Shown piece by piece: positions 9,582-17,605 of a stretch of DNA of 35,544 nucleotides (positions within the stretch are counted from its first letter, which is position 1; every line of letters begins with the position of its first letter). The notes below the pieces were generated by a model, which was given only the letters and a program-made list of their open reading frames with translations, searched no databases and was not told the DNA's origin. The stretch is taken from sequence record DRR723986_3135; one strand, 5' to 3'. The translations under genes and the position numbers were made by a program.

Positions 9582-10638
9582 ATGATGTCTGGGAGAGGCT
9601 TGGCGGGTTCAAGGCGTTGCGTATATGGTCGTTGATCTTGTTCTTTACGACGCTTTCGGCCATAAGAATTGCGTTTTGCATGGCTCTTGCAGAGTTGCGT
9701 CCATGCCCAATCACAACAACGCCATTGACGCCCAATAGTGGAACGCCGCCATATTCTTCATAATCCAGGCCGCTTAAAATGCGTTTCAGCATCGGCCTGA
9801 TCGCAGCTACAGCGAGTTTGTTAAGTAAACCGCGGTCGGCAAAAGAACGAACTTTCGCCTTAAACATCGTCAGGAAACTTTCTGCAAACTTCAGGACGAT
9901 GTTTCCGGTAAAACCATCACAAACAACAACATCGGCATGACCGTTAAGGATGTCGCCGCCCTCAACGTTGCCGATGAAATTTAGTGAACTGTCTTCCAGT
10001 AAATCGTGTGCCTTCAGGACAGCTTCACTGCCTTTATTGCGTTCTTCACCGATATTAAGCAGACCAACACGCGGCAATTCGATGGAATTGAACTGACGCG
10101 TGTAAATGCTGCCCATAACGGCGTATTCGTACAGGAACTTCGGCTTGGAATCAACGTTCGCACCAACGTCCAGAACCAGAGTGTGACTGTTCTTTTGGGT
10201 AGGAATAAAGCTACCAATCGTCGGACGGCTCACTCCTTTGATGCGCCCGAGTGCAAGTGTTGCAACGCTCATTACGGCACCGGTATTACCGGCGGACATA
10301 AAAGCGTCAACAAATCCACTGGCTTGTAATTCAATGCCTTTATATAGCGATGAATCACGCCGCTTCTTGAACACGGATGCTGGATCGTCCTGCATGCCAA
10401 CGACGTCGGAGGCGTCGACAATCGAATAGTTGAGACCGTTGGTATCGTGTTTAGCCAGTTCAGACTTAATGTCGTTTTCACGACCCACGAAAACAATCTC
10501 GAAATTAGATGCATCACGAGCGCGCATGGCCTGGACGGCACCTGCAACTTCGTTAGCGGGCGAGAAGTCTCCACCCATTGCATCTAAAGCTATTCTGACA
10601 ACCTTGGATTCGCTTGACTGGCTCAATTGCGTTCCCAC
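9568..10638 (-). CDS. plsX: Phosphate acyltransferase
   Basis: IALDAMGGD, SAGNTGA, LDVGAN, LLNIGEE..KG, DGFTGNI, GHG. GTG start; exact start uncertain. Confidence 0.96.
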   Translation of the reverse strand: MGTQLSQSSESKVVRIALDAMGGDFSPANEVAGAVQAMRARDASNFEIVFVGRENDIKSELAKHDTNGLNYSIVDASDVVGMQDDPASVFKKRRDSSLYKGIELQASGFVDAFMSAGNTGAVMSVATLALGRIKGVSRPTIGSFIPTQKNSHTLVLDVGANVDSKPKFLYEYAVMGSIYTRQFNSIELPRVGLLNIGEERNKGSEAVLKAHDLLEDSSLNFIGNVEGGDILNGHADVVVCDGFTGNIVLKFAESFLTMFKAKVRSFADRGLLNKLAVAAIRPMLKRILSGLDYEEYGGVPLLGVNGVVVIGHGRNSARAMQNAILMAESVVKNKINDHIRNALNPPSLSQTSYEKS

Positions 10639-10666
10639 CCTGGTTGCACTAAAGCATTACAAAAAA

Positions 10667-10849
10667 TCAGGCTTCTACCGGCTCGATTACACGACGTCCA
10701 TTGTAGTATCCGCAGGACTTGCAGGCAGCATGATTCAGCTTGGGCTCATTACATTGTGGGCATGTACCAATTGAGGGAGCAACGGCTTTGTAGTGTGTAC
10801 GACGTTTGTCGCGGCGAGTCTTGGAAATTTTGCGTTTAGGATGTGCCAT
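10667..10849 (-). CDS. rpmF: 50S ribosomal protein L32 (Zn-ribbon C+ form)
   Basis: MAHPKRKISKTRRDKRRTH with CxxC...CxxCG; canonical position between yceD and plsX. Confidence 0.98.
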   Translation of the reverse strand: MAHPKRKISKTRRDKRRTHYKAVAPSIGTCPQCNEPKLNHAACKSCGYYNGRRVIEPVEA

Positions 10850-10893
10850 AACGGCGTCTCTTCCCCTGCCGACAGTTCGGCAAATAATTGATA

Positions 10894-11430
10894 TCAGTTA
10901 TCTGAAAATTTAATATTCTTCAATGCTTCCCAACGTTTATCGAATATCTCTTCGCCGTCTGCATCTGCGCGGGCATCGGAGTCATCGTCCGTCAGTTCGG
11001 GATAAAGCTTATGCAAATCCTTATCCCGATGTTGCGGTGCCACCCTTTTCATTGGGATATGCACCGCAAGTTCTTCCCGTACTTCGTTCGTAATGTCGAT
11101 GGTTGACGCATCTTCGTGTATGTAATAAGGCGGCTCCGGGTCTACATCATCACGATGTAATTGGAACAAACTTGTGTCCGCCACATACGGAGTTGTCAAC
11201 TCAGTTTCGATCAATTGCTGAAAAGTCTCTCCGGAAACATCACATACCATTTCGGCAAGGCATTCGGCGTGGGCTTCAATGATAAAACGCATTCCAATCT
11301 TGCGTACATCACCTTGAACAAGCACTTCTCCGATAAATTCGGGGAACATTCCATCAATTGAAGTCGCGTCTGTTTGCGCTTCAAATTCGTGGAGACCGTC
11401 TTTCATACCTTTAATTGAGACTTTCAGCAT
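10894..11430 (-). CDS. yceD: YceD/DUF177 family protein
   Basis: Acidic 178-aa protein with CD.SGE, IDIT..VRE..A...P and C-terminal D.RWEALK; directly upstream of rpmF. Confidence 0.88.
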   Translation of the reverse strand: MLKVSIKGMKDGLHEFEAQTDATSIDGMFPEFIGEVLVQGDVRKIGMRFIIEAHAECLAEMVCDVSGETFQQLIETELTTPYVADTSLFQLHRDDVDPEPPYYIHEDASTIDITNEVREELAVHIPMKRVAPQHRDKDLHKLYPELTDDDSDARADADGEEIFDKRWEALKNIKFSDN

Positions 11431-11442
11431 AAGTACAGCCTA

Positions 11443-11473
11443 CAAATATACGGTAAAATGGCCGATATTCAAA
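11443..11473 (-). promoter_or_regulatory. Bacteroidota-type primary sigma promoter of the yceD-rpmF-plsX-fab operon
   Basis: Minus strand reads TTTG (11473-11470), a 19-nt spacer, then TATATTTG (11450-11443). This is an exact match to TTTG-N19-21-TAnnTTTG, 12 nt before the yceD ATG. Confidence 0.7.
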
Positions 11474-11566
11474 GCATGTGAAATGCCTGATTTTTCGACC
11501 ATTCGCGCGGTGTCCAGATGGCTATGACGGTGTACCAAGTTGCATCGGCCGCTGAACACTGTGGGA

Positions 11567-13321
11567 TTAGCCACCAGCTCCGCACCCGAGTGCGTCCAGA
11601 TTCTGGCGCGCCGTTTTGTTGCTGGGATTGATCTTAAGAACTTTACCGTAGGCTTTACATGCAGGCTCTACATTCTGCAATGACTGCTCAGCAATGGCAG
11701 TGTAGAGGAAGCCGTACTCGGACTTGTCATTGAATGCAGTCCACTCGACACACACGAATTTTAGTGCATTGAAGTCTTTGGCCTTATAGAGAATTCCGGC
11801 AAGCCCGACGTACGATCCATCGATTTGCTTGAAAATTCGACTCTTGGCAGCTTCGTCCTTGGCAGAATCAACTTGAGACTTAAGAACGGAAATAGTACCC
11901 TTAAAAGCCTCGATAGCTTTGTCCGTACTGTCCATCTCACGATATGTAAACGCAAGGCGTTGGTAGGCAAATGTGTTCGAGGAGTCCAGGCGAATACTCT
12001 CAGAAAGCGCTGTTGCAGCTGAGTCCAGGCTGCCGCGTGAAAAGTTGGATATTCCAATGTAGAAATACACACGCGCCTTGTCTTTGTCAACAAGAGTGTC
12101 ACAGGCATCAAAAACACCGTGAAACACATCAATCGCTTCGTCATAGTCTTCTATTGAACGGAGCACGTTACCAAACATAAGCTGCAGCTTACAGTCGGGC
12201 TTTTGTTTTATCGCCGTTCGGAAATTGTCAATCGCCGTAACCGTATCGCCGGAAAGAATGGCGGAACGACCATAACGCTCATAGTCCCTGATTTCAAAGT
12301 CAATCTTGCCTTTAAGAGCGCTAAACTCATTGGCAGCTTCTTCAAATCGTTTGCCCAGGTAATATGTCCGTGCCAACATCAAAGAAGATTTATCCGCCAC
12401 GGAATCAACTTTCTGGCGCGCCAACTCAAGATAAATGATGGCTGAGTCGATCGCCTTGACTTCGTAGAAAGAGCGGCCGAGCCACCAATATGCAAGCGGG
12501 CGATCAGGACGCAAGACTGTATAGCGCAGAAGCGCACGGGCAGCAGGTGTATACTGTTGCGCCAAATACAGAATCTTCCCTTTTTCCCAAAATGCGGGGG
12601 CGTTGTTTGTATCCTGCTTGGTAACCTGATCCCACTGAATGAGTGACTTTTTAAGCAAATCATTGCTGGCCTGACGATCCCCGGCTTTACCTGCCAGAGC
12701 CCAGTAAGCGCGGGCTAGTTTAATGCGAGGCTCCAGCAGAGAGTCATCGCGCTTAATCGCCTCTTCATAATTTGTTTTGGCCAGGGCGTACACTTTTTGG
12801 GCGTAGTATAAATCACCAAGAGCCACGTAGGTATCGGGAATCTCATCATCAAGGCCTTGCGCTTTGCGAATTGCATGATCCGCAAGAGTAAGTGAGTCCT
12901 GGATAATAAAGATTTCACCACGAGTCAGGTAATTATAGACGTCATCTTCATTTATATCAAACGCCTCGTCCATCAATTCGTGGGCATCCTCGAATTGATC
13001 AAGAAGCGCGTGTGTCCGTGCTGTTTTACGCAGCACAAACAAATCTTCATCGTCAATGTTCAGCGCGCGTTTGTAGTAGATAAGTGCCGAATCGGCCTTT
13101 TCCAACTGTACAAAAGCATCACCTGTGAGTGTTAGAATTTCCTTGTTACGCGGCGAATCCTTGGTGGCTGCCACCAAGTAATTAGACGCTCCGAGGAAGT
13201 CGCGCACTTTCAGGTATTCCTGCGCTTTGTCAAAATTTGACTGGGACAGAGCCGGCGCAACATTTAGTGCAACCATCAAAACTGCCACCACAGCCATTAC
13301 AGATCCTTGCATGATCCGCAT
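11567..13321 (-). CDS. Exported tetratricopeptide-repeat protein
   Basis: Signal peptide ending ALS|Q; TPR-pattern helices (LG..Y......A...Y..A) over the whole length; GAGG SD upstream. Confidence 0.88.
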   Translation of the reverse strand: MRIMQGSVMAVVAVLMVALNVAPALSQSNFDKAQEYLKVRDFLGASNYLVAATKDSPRNKEILTLTGDAFVQLEKADSALIYYKRALNIDDEDLFVLRKTARTHALLDQFEDAHELMDEAFDINEDDVYNYLTRGEIFIIQDSLTLADHAIRKAQGLDDEIPDTYVALGDLYYAQKVYALAKTNYEEAIKRDDSLLEPRIKLARAYWALAGKAGDRQASNDLLKKSLIQWDQVTKQDTNNAPAFWEKGKILYLAQQYTPAARALLRYTVLRPDRPLAYWWLGRSFYEVKAIDSAIIYLELARQKVDSVADKSSLMLARTYYLGKRFEEAANEFSALKGKIDFEIRDYERYGRSAILSGDTVTAIDNFRTAIKQKPDCKLQLMFGNVLRSIEDYDEAIDVFHGVFDACDTLVDKDKARVYFYIGISNFSRGSLDSAATALSESIRLDSSNTFAYQRLAFTYREMDSTDKAIEAFKGTISVLKSQVDSAKDEAAKSRIFKQIDGSYVGLAGILYKAKDFNALKFVCVEWTAFNDKSEYGFLYTAIAEQSLQNVEPACKAYGKVLKINPSNKTARQNLDALGCGAGG

Positions 13322-13346
13322 TTCCTCATTTAATGCTACAGATATT

Positions 13347-14300
13347 CTATTGAGTGACTTTTAAGTTAAAACGTGCGTGTTCAGGTACAATTCCCGCTTC
13401 CTTAAAGTGCACCATCACTTCCGCATCACGAGCCAGGTACACAAATGTGCCCCAGACTACATCCTGTGTCATGCCTTTGAGCAACCAGCCACGAATGCTG
13501 ACAGGATACGGATACATTTCCATTACAATTCTGGATTGATGCACGAGTCGCGGTGCGATGCGTACGCCATCCTCATTGTCAAAACCTATCGGAATCATGC
13601 GCAAGTCAGGATGCTTAACAACCGTTGACAGCATGGAAATCCCGATAACATTAGCCGAATTGCGCACAAGCGCAAGTACCGAATCCGTCGTTCCGGCAAA
13701 ATGGAAGCGCGCTTTTGGCGCCTCCATGTCGGTAATTTTCAGTAGTACATTGCCATACACAGAAGAGTTAACATCGGTGCAGACAAAATGTGGTTCAGCC
13801 GTAAGTTGTGGGAAGGTTTGCTGAAGGACCGGGGAGGAACTCAGCATTTTCTTACGAAGTAAAGTGTGAGAGAGCGTGTCAATTGGATAGTCTTCGCGCA
13901 CAAAAAATACTAGCGCGTCTTTAGCAAATATGTATTCGGTGTATCGCTCTACATCAAAACTCTTACGAAGTGAGTCTTCATCTGGAAGGTAGTCACGAGC
14001 AATTATGAGGCCGGGAGTATTGCCGGACATCAATTGCTGCATACCGGTGCGAGCATCTTTGCTCTCAACCGTAATCGTAGCATGCTCATATTCAGCATCA
14101 TGCATTTGAATTGCCGGCATGACAATGTCATATACTTCCGCATCACAGACGATGGTAGCTTCGCCTACCGTCGAGCCGGCGATTGGCTTGACTTCTTTGG
14201 CGTCTTTAGCCTTTTCCTCTGCATTGCAGGCAAGAATAAAGCCCATGCAAGTCAGCAGGCATAAACGCGACGCGAATTGCAACACTGGTTTACTCATCAC
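13347..14300 (-). CDS. PstS-like periplasmic binding-fold lipoprotein, ligand unknown
   Basis: Lipobox ILA|C (Cys25). FAKDALVFFV, V.....N.IG and YPY segments resemble the PstS/PBP-like family, but the GS(S/T)T and SGT phosphate motifs are not recognisable. ATGA overlap with the upstream small gene. Confidence 0.7.
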   Translation of the reverse strand: MMSKPVLQFASRLCLLTCMGFILACNAEEKAKDAKEVKPIAGSTVGEATIVCDAEVYDIVMPAIQMHDAEYEHATITVESKDARTGMQQLMSGNTPGLIIARDYLPDEDSLRKSFDVERYTEYIFAKDALVFFVREDYPIDTLSHTLLRKKMLSSSPVLQQTFPQLTAEPHFVCTDVNSSVYGNVLLKITDMEAPKARFHFAGTTDSVLALVRNSANVIGISMLSTVVKHPDLRMIPIGFDNEDGVRIAPRLVHQSRIVMEMYPYPVSIRGWLLKGMTQDVVWGTFVYLARDAEVMVHFKEAGIVPEHARFNLKVTQ

Positions 14301-14512
14301 TCCTCCATTTCCTGTTCGCGTTGGTACTTGCGATAGTTGCCGTAGAAGTTCACTACCCGGTAAATTCCGAACAGGATAAAAACGACGCCGGCGGTTCGTA
14401 GCAGTGTTACGTTGCCAACATAAAACTTGTCGGCATTTAACAACAGAAACAGCCCTACCAGTGATACCATTAAGCGAATGGTAATGTTAATTACGAGCCA
14501 GAAGATGTTCAT
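14297..14512 (-). CDS. Small two-TM membrane protein, unknown function
   Basis: 71 aa with two hydrophobic segments, FGIYR motif and charged tail; the 4-nt ATGA overlap with the next gene supports a real CDS. Confidence 0.75.
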   Translation of the reverse strand: MNIFWLVINITIRLMVSLVGLFLLLNADKFYVGNVTLLRTAGVVFILFGIYRVVNFYGNYRKYQREQEMEE

Positions 14513-14585
14513 CGATGGTAAGCCGGGAATCGCGGGGCTTCGGAAGAGAATCTACGTGGGCTTCCCCTAGACGTCTGGAAACGGA

Positions 14586-14621
14586 GATGGCAGACAGCTA
14601 TTCAGATAACTACCTGCCATC
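14586..14621 (-). other. Intergenic RNA hairpin downstream of the distal tonB
   Basis: Minus-strand RNA forms a continuous 16-bp stem with three G-U pairs and a 4-nt loop (CUGA); the plus strand would have three A-C mismatches. No U tract. Confidence 0.75.
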
Positions 14622-14640
14622 CATGTTTTTGCCGTATGTA

Positions 14641-15429
14641 TTAATTGCGAAGCTTAAATGAGATGGGAATACTTACCCAACATTGAATAGGCTGCTGATT
14701 CTGGATCGCCGGTGTGAATACCGACTCCATGACGGCAGCAACCGCTGCTTCGTTAAATACTTCGTTATCCGACTGTTGAATGATGTGCTTTTTAGGCTTG
14801 CCATCAACATCAACAAGTACACGAATAACAACACTGCCTTCCAGACCAGCTCGTTGAGCGATAGCCGGATACTTCACTTTACGCTGAAGCTCACCAAGGT
14901 CAATGTATGGCTCTTTCTCAACCGGAATAAATTCGAAAGCGTCTGGTTCTTCAACAACTTCGGGAGCGATGTCAAGCGTCACCTCACCAAAGCCGTCGTT
15001 ATCACCAAAGCCATTGAAATCTTCGTCACCACCTTCAGCAGTAGCGCGTGCGATCTCATCGACATTGGCAAAATCCTGAATGTCTTCAGGGATCATAGCA
15101 TCCGGAACAGGAACCGGAGTACCCGCGCGTGCGGCCGGGCCGGAAGCAATCACTACCTCGGATGGCGGCGGTGGCATTGGCGGCGGCGCATCATTTGCAG
15201 AAGGCGGCGGCGGTAAGTTCGAAAGCTTCAGCTTAACAGGAGGTGCGATGAACGCAACTTCATTTGCCTTGGCAACCGATTCAGAAATGATATACCCACC
15301 GACGAATACGCAGAAGATACTCAGCGCTATCAAGAAGGACCGCCAGGTCGAGTTCTTAATGTACTGCTTCAACTCGGAAGCGCCGTAGGCTCCCTTCGTT
15401 TCCTTGTTTGTGGCCTTAGGAGTTGCCAT
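14641..15429 (-). CDS. tonB: TonB-family energy transducer (distal paralogue)
   Basis: AYGASELK N-terminal motif, single TM, Pro-rich linker (PPPPS...PPPMPPPP), TonB C-terminal domain (VKYP..A...GLEG.V.....VD.DG...FTPA...IPISF). Confidence 0.88.
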   Translation of the reverse strand: MATPKATNKETKGAYGASELKQYIKNSTWRSFLIALSIFCVFVGGYIISESVAKANEVAFIAPPVKLKLSNLPPPPSANDAPPPMPPPPSEVVIASGPAARAGTPVPVPDAMIPEDIQDFANVDEIARATAEGGDEDFNGFGDNDGFGEVTLDIAPEVVEEPDAFEFIPVEKEPYIDLGELQRKVKYPAIAQRAGLEGSVVIRVLVDVDGKPKKHIIQQSDNEVFNEAAVAAVMESVFTPAIQNQQPIQCWVSIPISFKLRN

Positions 15430-15480
15430 AAACGCGAATTCTCCAGTTATCTATAATTGTTCCTATAATTCGGAACCGAT

Positions 15481-15505
15481 TCTTGCGGCTGTATTTTCCG
15501 CAAGA
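15481..15505. other. Intergenic hairpin between the two tonB genes
   Basis: TCTTGCGG (15481-15488)/CCGCAAGA (15498-15505), right after the stop at 15507. Confidence 0.55.
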
Positions 15506-15506
15506 G

Positions 15507-16349
15507 TCAGCGCAAACGGAAGCTAATCGGGATACTTATCCAACACGCTACCGGACTTCCGCCCAGCATCGCCGGAGTAACTCGAATCTCACGTACCGCA
15601 GCAACTGCATTTTCAATGAATACGTCGTTATCTGCTGTCAGAACAACAACGCGCCGAATCGATCCATCTGTATCAACCAGCGCGCGGACAACGACTGTAC
15701 CTTCCAATTCGCTTACAATAGCGATATGTGGAAAAATTACTCGACTTTGAAGATCTTTTTGATCAACAATCGGTTCCTGGTCGTAGGCCACGAACTGATT
15801 TGGGTCATTAATGATGTTCGGTTCCGGCTTGGATATTTCTTTGCCGTTACCGTTACCGCCGCCAACTACTGTCGTTGCAGTTGTTGCAGGCGAATCCGGA
15901 TCACCAAAACCATTGCCGTTACCAAGTCCGTACTCGTCAAACTCACTGTCAAAATGCGGATCAAATTCGCTGTCAAGAACTGTATCTTCGATTTTTTCAA
16001 AGACGTCGTCTTTAACAGGCGTAATGATCTGAGCGTCTTCCACGTCGACAGTCTTTTTGGCGACCTGGGGCTCCACTTCGGGACGTACCGGTTCGTCAGG
16101 GCGTGTATCTCCGCCGCCGTCAAATGCACCGGGCGGCAGAATTTCAAAGGGTGGAAGTGAGCCGGCTCCATTCAAATATGGAGGGTTGTCCGGCACCATC
16201 CGATTTAGCATCATTGCAATGATTCCCAAGGAACCAACTAACATTAATGCCATTAAAAAACTCTTGACTGTACGGATAGACGCAGTACGTCTAATTTCCC
16301 TCGCTCCGTATGCGAGCTGAAAAGTGCGCTTTACAATAGCAGCAGTCAT
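15507..16349 (-). CDS. tonB: TonB-family energy transducer (proximal paralogue)
   Basis: AYGAREIR motif, single TM, acidic/Gly-rich linker, TonB C-terminal domain ending CWISIPISFRLR; ATGA overlap with exbD. Confidence 0.85.
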   Translation of the reverse strand: MTAAIVKRTFQLAYGAREIRRTASIRTVKSFLMALMLVGSLGIIAMMLNRMVPDNPPYLNGAGSLPPFEILPPGAFDGGGDTRPDEPVRPEVEPQVAKKTVDVEDAQIITPVKDDVFEKIEDTVLDSEFDPHFDSEFDEYGLGNGNGFGDPDSPATTATTVVGGGNGNGKEISKPEPNIINDPNQFVAYDQEPIVDQKDLQSRVIFPHIAIVSELEGTVVVRALVDTDGSIRRVVVLTADNDVFIENAVAAVREIRVTPAMLGGSPVACWISIPISFRLR

Positions 16350-16900
16350 AATCCCTCAATTTCGGCTTTGTCTTCTTCCGACATCGGCACGAGGGCAAAT
16401 TTACGTTCTCGCTCATCGCCATCGGCCACGATTTGGTTCGTGATCTCGACTTCGGCAAGGTTTAACTCGTCGAGGACGGTAATCACTATTCCGTATTCGA
16501 CATCCTCCGAGACTTTGAGCGCCGTAATCAGGCTGTTGCGTTTTTCAAGGTTTTTGTTGATGGCCAGAGTTCGCAACTCTTCCATCTCAACGCCGAGGGC
16601 TGCTTCCGCACCAAACTTGTAGAAAAGTTTGCCGTCTGCACGCACCAGCAGCGTCATCAGTTCAGACTCCTTCACGTCTACTTGTTCGTTGCGCTCAGGT
16701 GGAATGGACATCTCCATCACCTGCGGCTGAGCCATCGTAGTCGTAAACATGAAAAACGTCAGAAGTAGAAACGCGATATCCACCAGCGGTGTCATATCGA
16801 GCACAAAACCTACACGCTTCTTTTTCTTACGCACGGTGGCGAGTGATCCGCGTTTCTGCTTACCACCACCATCACCACCTAGTGTTCCACCGCCTGCCAT
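16346..16900 (-). CDS. exbD: ExbD/TolR family protein (second copy)
   Basis: DMTPLVDIAFLLLTFFM with the essential TM Asp; Gly/Lys-rich N-terminal extension; YG.VI.VLDEL C-terminal motif. Confidence 0.93.
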   Translation of the reverse strand: MAGGGTLGGDGGGKQKRGSLATVRKKKKRVGFVLDMTPLVDIAFLLLTFFMFTTTMAQPQVMEMSIPPERNEQVDVKESELMTLLVRADGKLFYKFGAEAALGVEMEELRTLAINKNLEKRNSLITALKVSEDVEYGIVITVLDELNLAEVEITNQIVADGDERERKFALVPMSEEDKAEIEGL

Positions 16901-17019
16901 GGCGTTTTCTCCCGGAGAATTGAAGGATAACGGAATAACTGGAAGACAAAACCAAACTGCAATGGGTTACTGCAGGGCAAATCTTTGCCCCAAATCAGAC
17001 AACCTCTGACTGTGCAGGG

Positions 17020-17535
17020 TTAACTACCGCGTTTATCCGTTACGAAATTAAATTCGGTTGCGTTATACCGCTGCATAACGTTCATCAGGTCTTCAATGTA
17101 TTGATAGCGGACAACTTTGTCGGCATCAATGGCGAACTGCGTTTTGTGATTTACTGCTCGAGTGTTGCGAATCAGTTCTTCAAGCAATTCAACCGACTGC
17201 ACTTTAACAAGTGCTTTGCCACGTTGTTCATCCGTCATCCCTTCAACACGAGCGTAAACTGCATCACGCGTGGTCTCATTGGTCAGCGTATAGTAGTAAG
17301 CTGTGTCGCTGTAAACGGTGTCAATACCGATTTTGATCATCGCAACATTCGTTTCAGGAATTTTGGATGTATCGGCAGATGCAACGGGGCGTTGAATCGT
17401 GAATTTCTGTTCGGAATCCGCTTCAGATTTAAACTTCGCAGTGAACATGAAGAAGGTCAACAATAGAAATGCAATGTCAACCAGAGGCGTCATGTCCAGC
17501 ACAAAACCAACGCGTTTTTTCTTGATTTTAGGCAT
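17020..17535 (-). CDS. exbD: ExbD/TolR family protein (first copy)
   Basis: DMTPLVDIAFLLLTFFM; C-terminal IDAD..V.Y..I..LM..MQ......FNFVT; GGAGG SD. Confidence 0.93.
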   Translation of the reverse strand: MPKIKKKRVGFVLDMTPLVDIAFLLLTFFMFTAKFKSEADSEQKFTIQRPVASADTSKIPETNVAMIKIGIDTVYSDTAYYYTLTNETTRDAVYARVEGMTDEQRGKALVKVQSVELLEELIRNTRAVNHKTQFAIDADKVVRYQYIEDLMNVMQRYNATEFNFVTDKRGS

Positions 17536-17555
17536 ACTTCATCCTCCAATCTGAC

Positions 17556-17598
17556 GAGTCGGAAAGACGAAGAGCCTGTAAGCTCTTCGTCTCCGCTC
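17556..17598. other. Intergenic hairpin between exbB and exbD
   Basis: Perfect 11-bp stem AGACGAAGAGC (17565-17575)/GCTCTTCGTCT (17582-17592), extendable with bulges. No U tract. Confidence 0.75.
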
Positions 17599-17605
17599 AA
17601 AACTA

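Noticed and set aside
14683-16320. Long antisense ORFs over the tonB genes (and similar ones over fabF, kdsA, ftsK and tpiA)
   Set aside because: Shadow frames of well-supported genes, with no protein-like motifs.
16977-16992. GGGCAAATCTTTGCCC as a third copy of the 33071/35517 repeat
   Set aside because: Only the short palindromic core matches; the flanks do not.
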